Source: Flavobacteriales bacterium | Lineage (GTDB): Bacteria; Bacteroidota; Bacteroidia; Flavobacteriales; UBA7312 | Length of the DNA stretch: 64,000 nucleotides | Reading direction: 5' to 3' | NCBI GenBank assembly: GCA_029248105.1 | Contig: JAQWJZ010000003.1 | Location: forward strand, 27,350 to 91,349 | In this document: in pieces, positions 8,652 through 19,344 of the stretch | How the letters are laid out: each line of letters starts with the position of its first letter | Numbering within the stretch: the stretch's first letter is position 1 | Made by a program: the position numbers and the translations under genes | Notes under the pieces: generated by a model | What the model was told of the DNA's origin: nothing | Seen by the model: the letters and a program-made list of their open reading frames with translations, nothing else | Databases searched by the model: none

Positions 8652-9657
8652 TATTCACTTCCGCTTCTAGAGCGATGCCAAATGTTTCTTGAATGGATTT
8701 CTGTATGTCTCTTGAAAGTGCTACTATTTCATCTCCTTTAGCAGTGCCATAATTTACCAATACTAGAGCTTGATTTTTGTGTACGCCAGCATCGCCTTTG
8801 CGGTAACCTTTCCACCCGACACGGTCGATGAGCCATCCGGCAGCAACTTTTATAGAATGCTCACCATTAGGGTAGCCAACAATATTTGGAAATTGTGCTT
8901 TTAGCTGTTCAAACTGAGATTTTGGAATTGTAGGGTTTTTAAAAAAGCTACCACTATTTCCAATGTCTTTGGGATTGGGTAGTTTTCGCTGACGAATATT
9001 AATGACTGCCTGACTGATTGACCTCAAGCTTTTATTCGCTCCCATTGCTTTAAGCTCATCCTCTATAGCGCCATAGGAGGTGTTAAATTGGGGGTGTTTA
9101 CTTAACTTAAAGCTCACCTTACAAATAATATATTGACCTTTTAGATCCCCTTTAAATATAGAGTATCGGTATGCAAATTGACAGTCTTTATTATTAAAGG
9201 TCTTTACGGTTTTATCATCCATATGTACTGCCTCTAATTCTTCAAAGACTGATTTTATTTCCACACCATAAGCACCAATATTTTGCATAGGTGCAGCGCC
9301 AACGCTTCCGGGGATTAGCGATAGGTTTTCAATTCCTCCTAAGTTATGTTCAATACTCCACATAACGAAATCGTGCCAAACCACTCCACCGCCAACTTTT
9401 ACAGTAACACTATCCTGATCTTCATGCGTTATTTCTATATCTGAGATTTCATTTTTCAGAACAGTTCCATTAATGTTGTTAGTGAGTAAGATGTTACTGC
9501 CACCGCCTAAAATAGTGAGGGGTTTTTGCGTTTTGCCCAATAAATCAATTAGCTCTTCTTTGGATGAAAAGGGTGAAAAGTATTCGGCTTGTGCTTTAAT
9601 GCCAAATGTGTTGAGCGATTGTAAAGGGTAGTTGTGTAGTAACGCCATAGAGTTCAA
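8644..9657 (-). CDS. murB: UDP-N-acetylenolpyruvoylglucosamine reductase MurB
   Basis: 337 aa. FAD-binding region LGGGSNILL and a MurB C-terminal domain (GSFFKNP, AGWLID). Confidence 0.95.
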   Translation of the reverse strand: MNSMALLHNYPLQSLNTFGIKAQAEYFSPFSSKEELIDLLGKTQKPLTILGGGSNILLTNNINGTVLKNEISDIEITHEDQDSVTVKVGGGVVWHDFVMWSIEHNLGGIENLSLIPGSVGAAPMQNIGAYGVEIKSVFEELEAVHMDDKTVKTFNNKDCQFAYRYSIFKGDLKGQYIICKVSFKLSKHPQFNTSYGAIEDELKAMGANKSLRSISQAVINIRQRKLPNPKDIGNSGSFFKNPTIPKSQFEQLKAQFPNIVGYPNGEHSIKVAAGWLIDRVGWKGYRKGDAGVHKNQALVLVNYGTAKGDEIVALSRDIQKSIQETFGIALEAEVNII

Positions 9658-9708
9658 AGGTATAAATACTTATGATTTACTGCTTCTATTTTATGTATTT
9701 TCGCAAAG

Positions 9709-10791
9709 ATGAGGAAAAAAGTCATAGTTTCTGTAACCAATGATATTAGTACAGACCAACGGGTGCACAAAGTCTGCCAGAGTTTGCAGTCTATGGGCTT
9801 TGAGGTGCATTTATGGGGAAGGGTTTTAGCTGATAGCCAACCACTTAACCGTCCTTATGCCACCAAGCGTATGTCCTTGCTTTTTTACAAAGGACCATTT
9901 TTTTACCTCGAGTATAATATTCGACTGTTTTTTATTCTGTTATTTAGCAAATGCCATTTGTTATTGAGTAATGATTTGGATACACTACTAGCCAATTTTA
10001 TGGTTTCCAAAATAAAAGGTCTTCCACTAGTCTATGACAGTCACGAGCTGTTTCCTGAGGCTCCTGAATTACAAGAGACACCATTTAAGAAGAAGATTTG
10101 GGAAAGTCTTGAGTCCTGGCTTTTGCCTAAAATCAATCACACTTATACCGTTTGCCATTCTATAGCGCAATTCTACAATAACAAATATGGGCTTAAAATG
10201 AAAGTGGTTCGCAATATGCCATATTTAAAAGATTCATCACGACCTAATGCGGTTTCAAAAAGCATTATTTATCAAGGAACGATGAATCCGGGCAGAGGCT
10301 TAGAATTAGCTATTGAGATGATGCCTTACTTAGAAGATTATAAGCTAATACTTATTGGTGATGGTGAGGGATTGGCATCTCTTAAAGTATTGGCACAAGA
10401 AAAAGAGGTGAGTAGTCAGATAGAGTTTTTAGGGCGATTACCTTTTGAAGATTTAAAAACTTATACCGAACAGTCTAGTATTGGCATATTGTTCGAAGAG
10501 GCTAGGGCCTTGAGCTTTGAATACAGTTTGCCCAATAAGTTATTCGATTATATTCATGCTAACACAGCGGTTTTGGCTTCGCCCTTAGTTGAGGTAAAAG
10601 CCATTGTTGATACATATTCGGTGGGAGAATTGCTGAAAGCTAGAAACCCTCAAAGCGTAGCTAAGCAAATTGATGCCATGTTTGAAAAAATAAATTCCTA
10701 TGAATTCGCAAAAGCCAAAAATGATTTGAATTGGCAAAAGGAAGAAGAAGTGCTTAAAACTATTTTCAGTCCTTTTTTAAGCAAAGCATAA
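9709..10791 (+). CDS. Glycosyltransferase family 4 (GT-B fold)
   Basis: 360 aa. C-terminal GT1/GT4 pattern with E-x7-E-like region (FEEARALSFEYSLPNKLFDY). Confidence 0.75.
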   Translation: MRKKVIVSVTNDISTDQRVHKVCQSLQSMGFEVHLWGRVLADSQPLNRPYATKRMSLLFYKGPFFYLEYNIRLFFILLFSKCHLLLSNDLDTLLANFMVSKIKGLPLVYDSHELFPEAPELQETPFKKKIWESLESWLLPKINHTYTVCHSIAQFYNNKYGLKMKVVRNMPYLKDSSRPNAVSKSIIYQGTMNPGRGLELAIEMMPYLEDYKLILIGDGEGLASLKVLAQEKEVSSQIEFLGRLPFEDLKTYTEQSSIGILFEEARALSFEYSLPNKLFDYIHANTAVLASPLVEVKAIVDTYSVGELLKARNPQSVAKQIDAMFEKINSYEFAKAKNDLNWQKEEEVLKTIFSPFLSKA

Positions 10792-11647
10792 AGCTAAGTT
10801 TGTACAAATCGAATACGGCCAAATTGGTGTTACCTTTCATTAATAACATGCGACAGAGATATTTACAAAGCAGAAAAAACCCTTTGCTTAAAAACAAAGT
10901 TTTTCTGAATGTATTATAGTATTTATTTAGTTTAATATTTCTGCATGTTAAAGGGTGGCTTTTTTGAATGGATAATAGATTAGCTAGAGCTAATTCAGTT
11001 TTTTCTAAAAATACAGACAAATCATCTATGCCAAGGTGTATGATAGGGTTGTCGATATGCATTACCGTTAGCGAGTGCTGTTCCAATTCAAAACCATATA
11101 AAGTGTCTTCATGACCATACTTTGTTAAGCTTTCGGTAAAACGGATTTTTTGGCTGACTTTTTTGCTAATTAACATATTACAGGCACTAAAAGAGGTATA
11201 TGGTCTTTGGTTTCTAAAATGAGCTTTTCTTTCTTCTCTATTTTTGCCGTATTTCCATCGCAATAGCTTGTCTTTTTCCAAATAGTCGTAATCGGCATAG
11301 CTTACTCCACCAACAACAACTTCACTTTTGTCTTTAAATTCAATGTATTTTTTTAGAAAATCATGACCTATACTTATATCACAATCTAAAAATAGTAGGT
11401 AATCGAATTGAGCTTTGTCAGATAGTAAATTTCTTATGGTAGAACGCCCTATATTATTTTCGAGTTGTTGGTAGCTAACCCCTTTGATTTTGCCTAAATC
11501 CTTGTTGAGTTCCAAATAGTTTGCTTTGGATTTATCGTCAATGCATAATATTTCAAAAGGAATATTTAAGCTTTCAGCCTCACTGGATAATTCGTTAACT
11601 AACTCCTTAACAGCAAAATTATATATGGGGATTAAGATGGATAACAT
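10766..11647 (-). CDS. Glycosyltransferase family 2
   Basis: 293 aa. N-terminal LSILIPIYNF... and LFLDCD (DxD). Confidence 0.8.
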   Translation of the reverse strand: MLSILIPIYNFAVKELVNELSSEAESLNIPFEILCIDDKSKANYLELNKDLGKIKGVSYQQLENNIGRSTIRNLLSDKAQFDYLLFLDCDISIGHDFLKKYIEFKDKSEVVVGGVSYADYDYLEKDKLLRWKYGKNREERKAHFRNQRPYTSFSACNMLISKKVSQKIRFTESLTKYGHEDTLYGFELEQHSLTVMHIDNPIIHLGIDDLSVFLEKTELALANLLSIQKSHPLTCRNIKLNKYYNTFRKTLFLSKGFFLLCKYLCRMLLMKGNTNLAVFDLYKLSFMLCLKKD

Positions 11648-12313
11648 CTATTCAGTAAAAGCGACTTTTCCGTTTTCGCACTTCAATACTTTGGAAGGAA
11701 AACGATTAAGTAGATTATGCTCATGAGTCGCCATTAAGACGGCACATCCACTTGCGCATAAATCGTGAATGAGTTTCAGAATCTTATCCGTAGTGTCAGG
11801 GTCTAAATTTCCCGTTGGCTCATCTGCTAAAATTAGCTTAGGGTCGTTTAGTAAAGCACGTGCAATGCATACACGTTGTTGTTCGCCCCCAGAAAGTTCA
11901 AAGGGCATTTTGTCAATATGATCTAGCATCTCTACCTTGTCTAAAACGTTTTCTATTCTAGCGTTTATTTCCTTTTTATTTTTCCAGCCAGTAGCTTTTA
12001 GCACAAACTCTAAATTGTCGTAAACGGAACGGTCGGTAAGAAGTTGAAAATCTTGAAATACAATACCTATTTTTCTTCTTAAAAATGGAATTATAGATTT
12101 TTTAATTTCGAAAAGTTGATGGTCTACAACTTCACCTAGCCCTTTCTTCAATGGTAAATCGGCATATAGCGTTTTTAGTAAGCTGCTTTTTCCACTCCCA
12201 GTAGCGCCTATTAAATAAACAAATTCAGTAGGTTGTATGCTAAAAGAGACATCGCTTAAAATAAGTCGGTCGGATTGAAATACATCGACGTGTTTGAGTT
12301 CTATAAGAGGCAT
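11648..12313 (-). CDS. ftsE: Cell division ATP-binding protein FtsE (ABC ATPase)
   Basis: 221 aa. Walker [13 protein letters not shown] signature LSGGEQQRV, Walker B LILADEPT. Size and N-terminus are FtsE-like. Confidence 0.8.
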   Translation of the reverse strand: MPLIELKHVDVFQSDRLILSDVSFSIQPTEFVYLIGATGSGKSSLLKTLYADLPLKKGLGEVVDHQLFEIKKSIIPFLRRKIGIVFQDFQLLTDRSVYDNLEFVLKATGWKNKKEINARIENVLDKVEMLDHIDKMPFELSGGEQQRVCIARALLNDPKLILADEPTGNLDPDTTDKILKLIHDLCASGCAVLMATHEHNLLNRFPSKVLKCENGKVAFTE

Positions 12314-12334
12314 TTCTCGAGATTTCTGTTTCTA

Positions 12335-12342
12335 CAAATTTA
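12335..12342 (-). promoter_or_regulatory. Bacteroidetes-type -7 box (TAAATTTG on minus strand) for ftsE
   Basis: TAnnTTTG match, 21 nt upstream of the ftsE ATG. Confidence 0.4.
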
Positions 12343-12457
12343 CTTTTTTTAAATCGTTGGTCAAGTGTTGTTTATGCACACATAATCTGTTAATAACTTA
12401 TTGCTTGCACAATAGTACTAGGGAATTTCTTTGATAAATTAGCATCAAATTTTACAA

Positions 12458-15400
12458 ATGAAACTTAGAGTTTACGTTTTATTTTTACTTTTCAGTCAAT
12501 TTTCCTTTGCACAAAATTGTGATGTTGATCAAATCAATGATCTTCTTCAAAAACAGCAATACGCTCTGGTTTATTCTATGGCTGATGCTTTGAAAGAATG
12601 CGGTGAAGTTAGCGACTCTGATTTAGAATGGGCTCAATTTCAACAAGCCTTTTGTGCATTGGAATTGTTTAACGATGAGGCCCAGTTTCTTCTAGAAAAA
12701 TACCTTGACGGTTATCCCAATGGAAGCTATAGAAAAGAAGCCTTCCTATCTTTAGCCAAATTGCATTTTAGAAATAAGGAATACGATAAGGTAATTGCCA
12801 AACTTAACAATGTTGATGTCTACGATTTAGAGTTTCAGGAAGAAGCAATGTATTATTTTCGCTTAGGTTATTCCTATTTTTCATTACATAAATATGACCA
12901 AGCTAAGGTTGCTTTTTTTGATTTAAAATCAATTCAATTTACCTATTCAGAGCTAACAACCTATTGCTTGTCTCACATGGCCTATGAGGAAGGAAATTAT
13001 GCCACTGCTCTTCAAGGATTTGAGCAATTAGTTTCTACGCCTACACTAGGATTTATTAGTAAATATTATATTACTCATATCTTTTATTATCAGGGGCGTT
13101 ATCAAGAATTGTTGGCTTTTGCGAAACCATTATTAGAGAAAAGTTATAACCCCAAAAGAGATAATGAGCTGAAGAGATTGATTGGAGATGCATACTTTGC
13201 TATGGGTGAGTATGAGCAGTCAATTGAATACTTAGAAGATTATATGTCTGACGATGCCTCGAGCTCATTAGGTAGAATAGAAAAATATCAACTGGCTTTG
13301 GCCTATTTTGAACTTGATAACTTTAAAAAAGCTACGGACTACTTTGAAGATGTCTTGCTTGATAAAGATAGTCTTTCTCAATTCGCTGCTCATCAACTGG
13401 CTCAATCCTATTTAAATTTAGATGAAAAATCCTTAGCTATAAACGCTTTTAAATATGCGTCTTCAATTGATTACGATTATAGCTTAAAAGAAGATGCTGC
13501 ATTTAACGCTGTAAAGTTGATTTATGACGAGCAAACCTCCTATGATAATGCTATTGAGAGTATAGAACAATTTCTTGAAGATTACCCAGAGTCTATTCAT
13601 CTTGACTATGTTCAAGATTTATTAATCAAAGCCTTTACATCTACCAAGGATTATCAGTCTGCTATTGACAAACTTTCTAGTTTGAAAAGTATGACATTAA
13701 CACAGCAAGAAGCCTATCAGAAACTTAGCTATTATTTGGCAGCCGAGCATTTTGTCAATAAACGCTATAATGAATCCGTCTCTTGGTTTGATAAAACAAT
13801 CCAGTATCCGATTAATAATACATTATTTTCACTAGCATATTATTGGAAAGGAGAAGCGTTTTATCACTTAGAGGATTACACTAACGCTATTCAATCGTTT
13901 GATATTTTTAATGTCAAAGACGGTTCGTTTTTATTAAAGGAATACAAGCAATGTCAGTATTCATTGGCCTATGCATATTATCAGTCCCAAAAATATAAGG
14001 ACGCCATTGTATGGTTTAGAAAATTTGTTAAATCATCTGATGATGAAGATAAGCTCACAGATGCATACCTGAGGTTAGGAGATGCGTATTATATGACAAA
14101 TGATTATGCTAGAGCGCAAGAGTTTTATGCTTTGGCTGAAGAGAAAGCATCTTTTGATATGGATTATTCCATATATCAGCAAATACAATGTTTTGGCTTG
14201 ACTAATCAGAGAAACAAGAAAAGAACAGCTCTCATTCAATTAATTGCTGATTATCCACAATCGCTATACAATGATGATGCAATGCTTAATTTAAGCTCTA
14301 TGTATTTGAACGAAGATAGGCAAGAAGAGTCCGTCGCTCTATTGTCTGATTTAATCAAAAAACACCCTCAAAGTGTATTAGTGAAAACAGCTCTTCTTAA
14401 ATTAGGTCTCAACTTTTATAACGAAAGTAATTCTGATTCTGCAGTTTATTATTTCAAGTCAGTCATAGATAAATACCCAAATACAAAAGAGTCTAAAGAA
14501 GCACTTATAGCTTATAAAAATGTTTCCATAGAATCTGGTGATGTAAAATCGTATTTTGACTATGTAGGGCAGTTGTCCAATGTGAGTGTAGATATAGCAT
14601 CGAAAGATTCCATAAGCTATGAAGCTTCAGAAAACTTATACCTCAATCAAGATTATGAAAAGGCGTCACAAGCATTTAGCAATTATTTAAGTGAATTTGC
14701 CTCGCCTATCTTTAAGTTAAATGCCCACTTTTATAAAGCAGAATCTTTATTTAATACTAATCCTGAGCTGGCTGTTGAGGATTATCTTAGTGTTTTGGAG
14801 TTTCCTCAAAACATGTTTTCTGAACGTTCTCTTATTCGTTTAGCTCGAATAGAATTTAAAAGAAATGAGTATGGTGTTGCTGCCCTACATTACACTGGTT
14901 TATTAGATATTGCCCAAGATAATAGCATCAAAAGAGAATCTACTATTAAGCTATTCTATTGTTACAAAAATTTGGGTTTAAAGGATAGCTTTTTAGAGTA
15001 TGCCAAAACAGTTCTTACATTAGACAAATTGGATGCTGACTTAGAAAATGAAGCTCGCTTAGTTATAGCAAACGCTTATTTTAATGAGTCAGAGTTTCAT
15101 CTAGCTAAGAAAGATTACCTAATTATTTCTGAAGCTACACAATCCCAAATTGGGTCTGAAGCCAAGTATCAGCTGGCATATTTAGCTTTTCTAGAGAGTG
15201 ATTTTGATACTTCTGAGAAAATTATTTTTGAGCTTTCTGAAAATTATTTTAGCGATTTTTATATTGCCAAGGCCTTTATATTACTAGCAGATATATATTT
15301 AGAAAGGAATAATCTATTTCAATCTAAAGCGACTTTACAAAGTATCGTTGATAATTATGAAGGTCAAGATCTAAAAGATATATGTAAACAAAAAATAGCT

Positions 15401-15529
15401 CAAATAGACTTGCTTAATGAGAAGGAGCAAGATGAGACTGAAAAAGACGACTTAATAATTGATCTTTTAAACGATATTGAACTAAACGAATTGTTTGAAG
15501 AAGAAAATACTTTAGAAGATGAAGAATAA
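12458..15529 (+). CDS. Secreted tetratricopeptide-repeat protein (1023 aa)
   Basis: Signal peptide ending FSFAQ. Many TPR-like A/Y/F-spaced repeats throughout. Acidic C-terminal tail. Confidence 0.85.
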   Translation: MKLRVYVLFLLFSQFSFAQNCDVDQINDLLQKQQYALVYSMADALKECGEVSDSDLEWAQFQQAFCALELFNDEAQFLLEKYLDGYPNGSYRKEAFLSLAKLHFRNKEYDKVIAKLNNVDVYDLEFQEEAMYYFRLGYSYFSLHKYDQAKVAFFDLKSIQFTYSELTTYCLSHMAYEEGNYATALQGFEQLVSTPTLGFISKYYITHIFYYQGRYQELLAFAKPLLEKSYNPKRDNELKRLIGDAYFAMGEYEQSIEYLEDYMSDDASSSLGRIEKYQLALAYFELDNFKKATDYFEDVLLDKDSLSQFAAHQLAQSYLNLDEKSLAINAFKYASSIDYDYSLKEDAAFNAVKLIYDEQTSYDNAIESIEQFLEDYPESIHLDYVQDLLIKAFTSTKDYQSAIDKLSSLKSMTLTQQEAYQKLSYYLAAEHFVNKRYNESVSWFDKTIQYPINNTLFSLAYYWKGEAFYHLEDYTNAIQSFDIFNVKDGSFLLKEYKQCQYSLAYAYYQSQKYKDAIVWFRKFVKSSDDEDKLTDAYLRLGDAYYMTNDYARAQEFYALAEEKASFDMDYSIYQQIQCFGLTNQRNKKRTALIQLIADYPQSLYNDDAMLNLSSMYLNEDRQEESVALLSDLIKKHPQSVLVKTALLKLGLNFYNESNSDSAVYYFKSVIDKYPNTKESKEALIAYKNVSIESGDVKSYFDYVGQLSNVSVDIASKDSISYEASENLYLNQDYEKASQAFSNYLSEFASPIFKLNAHFYKAESLFNTNPELAVEDYLSVLEFPQNMFSERSLIRLARIEFKRNEYGVAALHYTGLLDIAQDNSIKRESTIKLFYCYKNLGLKDSFLEYAKTVLTLDKLDADLENEARLVIANAYFNESEFHLAKKDYLIISEATQSQIGSEAKYQLAYLAFLESDFDTSEKIIFELSENYFSDFYIAKAFILLADIYLERNNLFQSKATLQSIVDNYEGQDLKDICKQKIAQIDLLNEKEQDETEKDDLIIDLLNDIELNELFEEENTLEDEE

Positions 15530-17216
15530 AATATTTACAATCATTTGTATTTCGATAGGTGTTCTTTTAGAGATTAACGCATTTGCTCAGTCTGATGAAA
15601 ATTTAGGGGTTCAGGAAATTCAAGTTACTGAATCCTTTATTCCTGATGTGCCAGAGGCTAACAAACTAACTGATATACCTACGCTTTCTGATACCATTAA
15701 AACGGTCAAAAATGTAAGTTATTCGCCAATCAATAAGCGTTTTGAAAGTCAATTGAAGCTTAATCCAATTAAGGCTGCAAAAATCAAAGGAGAACCCCTA
15801 AATAAACTGTATCATACATATATCTATGGTGGTCTTGGAAATATGAGTATGCCAACATCAAAACTATTTTATAGCTCAGACAGGAATAAATCCATATCCT
15901 ACGGACTATCTTTGTCTTATATTGAGTCGTATTCTGATGTGAAAAGTGCTTTTGATGAGGAGATAAAAGTATCCGCAGCATTTAGAGAAACAGATTTTTC
16001 AGCATTTTTGAAAAAAGATTTTGAATTCGGAATTGTTAATGCTTACGCTTCAAGACAAGGGAATATGTTTCAAGCATACGGTTATGACCCTAGCCTCAAT
16101 TTGGAAGAAAAATTTACTGAAGAATATTGGGGGTATTCAACTGTGAGCTTATCCTTACAGAGCAAAAATACCGATAAGAGTAAAGCGAGTTACTATGCTA
16201 AATTATTTGCATACGATTTAAACGAACAAACAGAGAATTCAATTTCATTTCTTTTGACTGCAAAACAATCGGTGGGATTAAACGCATATACTATTGACTT
16301 AGGAATGGACTACGATTTTAATAATCTTTCTAAAAAATATGTTTTTGCAGATAGTTTGGCTAAAGAGCTGATAATAACCTTTCATCCGTCTGTAAGTAGA
16401 GAATTGGCTGGTGGAGATTTAAATTTAGGTTTTGAGCTCAAGTCAATGGATACTAGAGATTCTGCTGATATTAGTTTGGTTGTTTTTCCTCACGTACGTT
16501 ATGATTATGTCTTTTCAGATAACTTCCAAAGAGCTTTCATTGGTGTTAGAGGTGGCTTAGATGAAAATTCATATTGGACTTTAAGCAAGAAAAATCCATT
16601 TATATTAAATGCGCTAACTACAGATGGCGGCAGTTTAGAATTAATAAATAGCCAGATTAAATACGATTTTTATGTTGGAATGAATTCCTATTTAGGATCA
16701 GATGTGAATTGGTCCTCTGAATTATCATACGCTAGGGTTCAGGATATGTCATTTTTTGAATTAGATCCTCATTCATTATATCAGAATAAGTTTAAGGTTG
16801 TTTATGACAATGTTAACCATTTGCAATGGTCGTCTACCCTAGGCTGGGATGTGAACCCTAATGCTAATGTCAATTTACAACTGAACTACCATAAGTATGA
16901 TTTAGACTCCTTGCAAGAGTATGCCTATAAGCCTGCAATCATATCTAAATTAGGTTTTTCATATGATATTGGCGATAAAATTTTACCTCAAATTGAGCTT
17001 GTCGGTGCTTTTGATCGCTCTACTGCTAGTGATTCATCTTCAGCAACCCCCATATTGAATGATATAGTCGATGTTAATCTTGCCTTAGAATACAAATACA
17101 ACACTATTTTTTCTGCTTATTTTAAAGCCAAAAATCTGATAGGAGGTTATCAAATTTGGGAGAATTATCCTGTTCTAGGTCCACAAGTCTTTTTTGGACT
17201 CTCATTCCGTTTCTAG
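15519..17216 (+). CDS. Putative outer-membrane beta-barrel protein
   Basis: 565 aa. Signal peptide (INAFAQ), alternating-residue strands, C-terminal GLSFRF ending in Phe. Overlaps the TPR gene by 11 nt. Confidence 0.6.
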   Translation: MKNKIFTIICISIGVLLEINAFAQSDENLGVQEIQVTESFIPDVPEANKLTDIPTLSDTIKTVKNVSYSPINKRFESQLKLNPIKAAKIKGEPLNKLYHTYIYGGLGNMSMPTSKLFYSSDRNKSISYGLSLSYIESYSDVKSAFDEEIKVSAAFRETDFSAFLKKDFEFGIVNAYASRQGNMFQAYGYDPSLNLEEKFTEEYWGYSTVSLSLQSKNTDKSKASYYAKLFAYDLNEQTENSISFLLTAKQSVGLNAYTIDLGMDYDFNNLSKKYVFADSLAKELIITFHPSVSRELAGGDLNLGFELKSMDTRDSADISLVVFPHVRYDYVFSDNFQRAFIGVRGGLDENSYWTLSKKNPFILNALTTDGGSLELINSQIKYDFYVGMNSYLGSDVNWSSELSYARVQDMSFFELDPHSLYQNKFKVVYDNVNHLQWSSTLGWDVNPNANVNLQLNYHKYDLDSLQEYAYKPAIISKLGFSYDIGDKILPQIELVGAFDRSTASDSSSATPILNDIVDVNLALEYKYNTIFSAYFKAKNLIGGYQIWENYPVLGPQVFFGLSFRF

Positions 17217-17288
17217 ACTTATTCACTATTTGTTAATAAGTAGGCACTTTATTTAGTACTTTTTTGTAGTGATTTATTGTCCTTTTTT

Positions 17289-17296
17289 TACTTTTG
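17289..17296 (+). promoter_or_regulatory. Bacteroidetes-type -7 box (TACTTTTG) for gyrB
   Basis: TAnnTTTG match 42 nt upstream of the gyrB ATG. TTG lies 22 nt upstream at 17264-17266. Confidence 0.35.
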
Positions 17297-17326
17297 TTTT
17301 AATCTAGTAAATAGCCAAGTTAATAA

Positions 17327-19276
<1,950 letters not shown>

Positions 19277-19295
19277 AGTTATAATTGGTACTAAT

Positions 19296-19325
19296 AAAAA
19301 AGCCCTCATTTGAGGGCTTTTTTTA
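19296..19325. terminator. Bidirectional rho-independent terminator
   Basis: AGCCCTCA tt TGAGGGCT stem flanked by an A-run and a T-run, between convergent gyrB and the adhesin gene. Confidence 0.8.
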
Positions 19326-19344
19326 TTTAAAATATCTTATAAAA

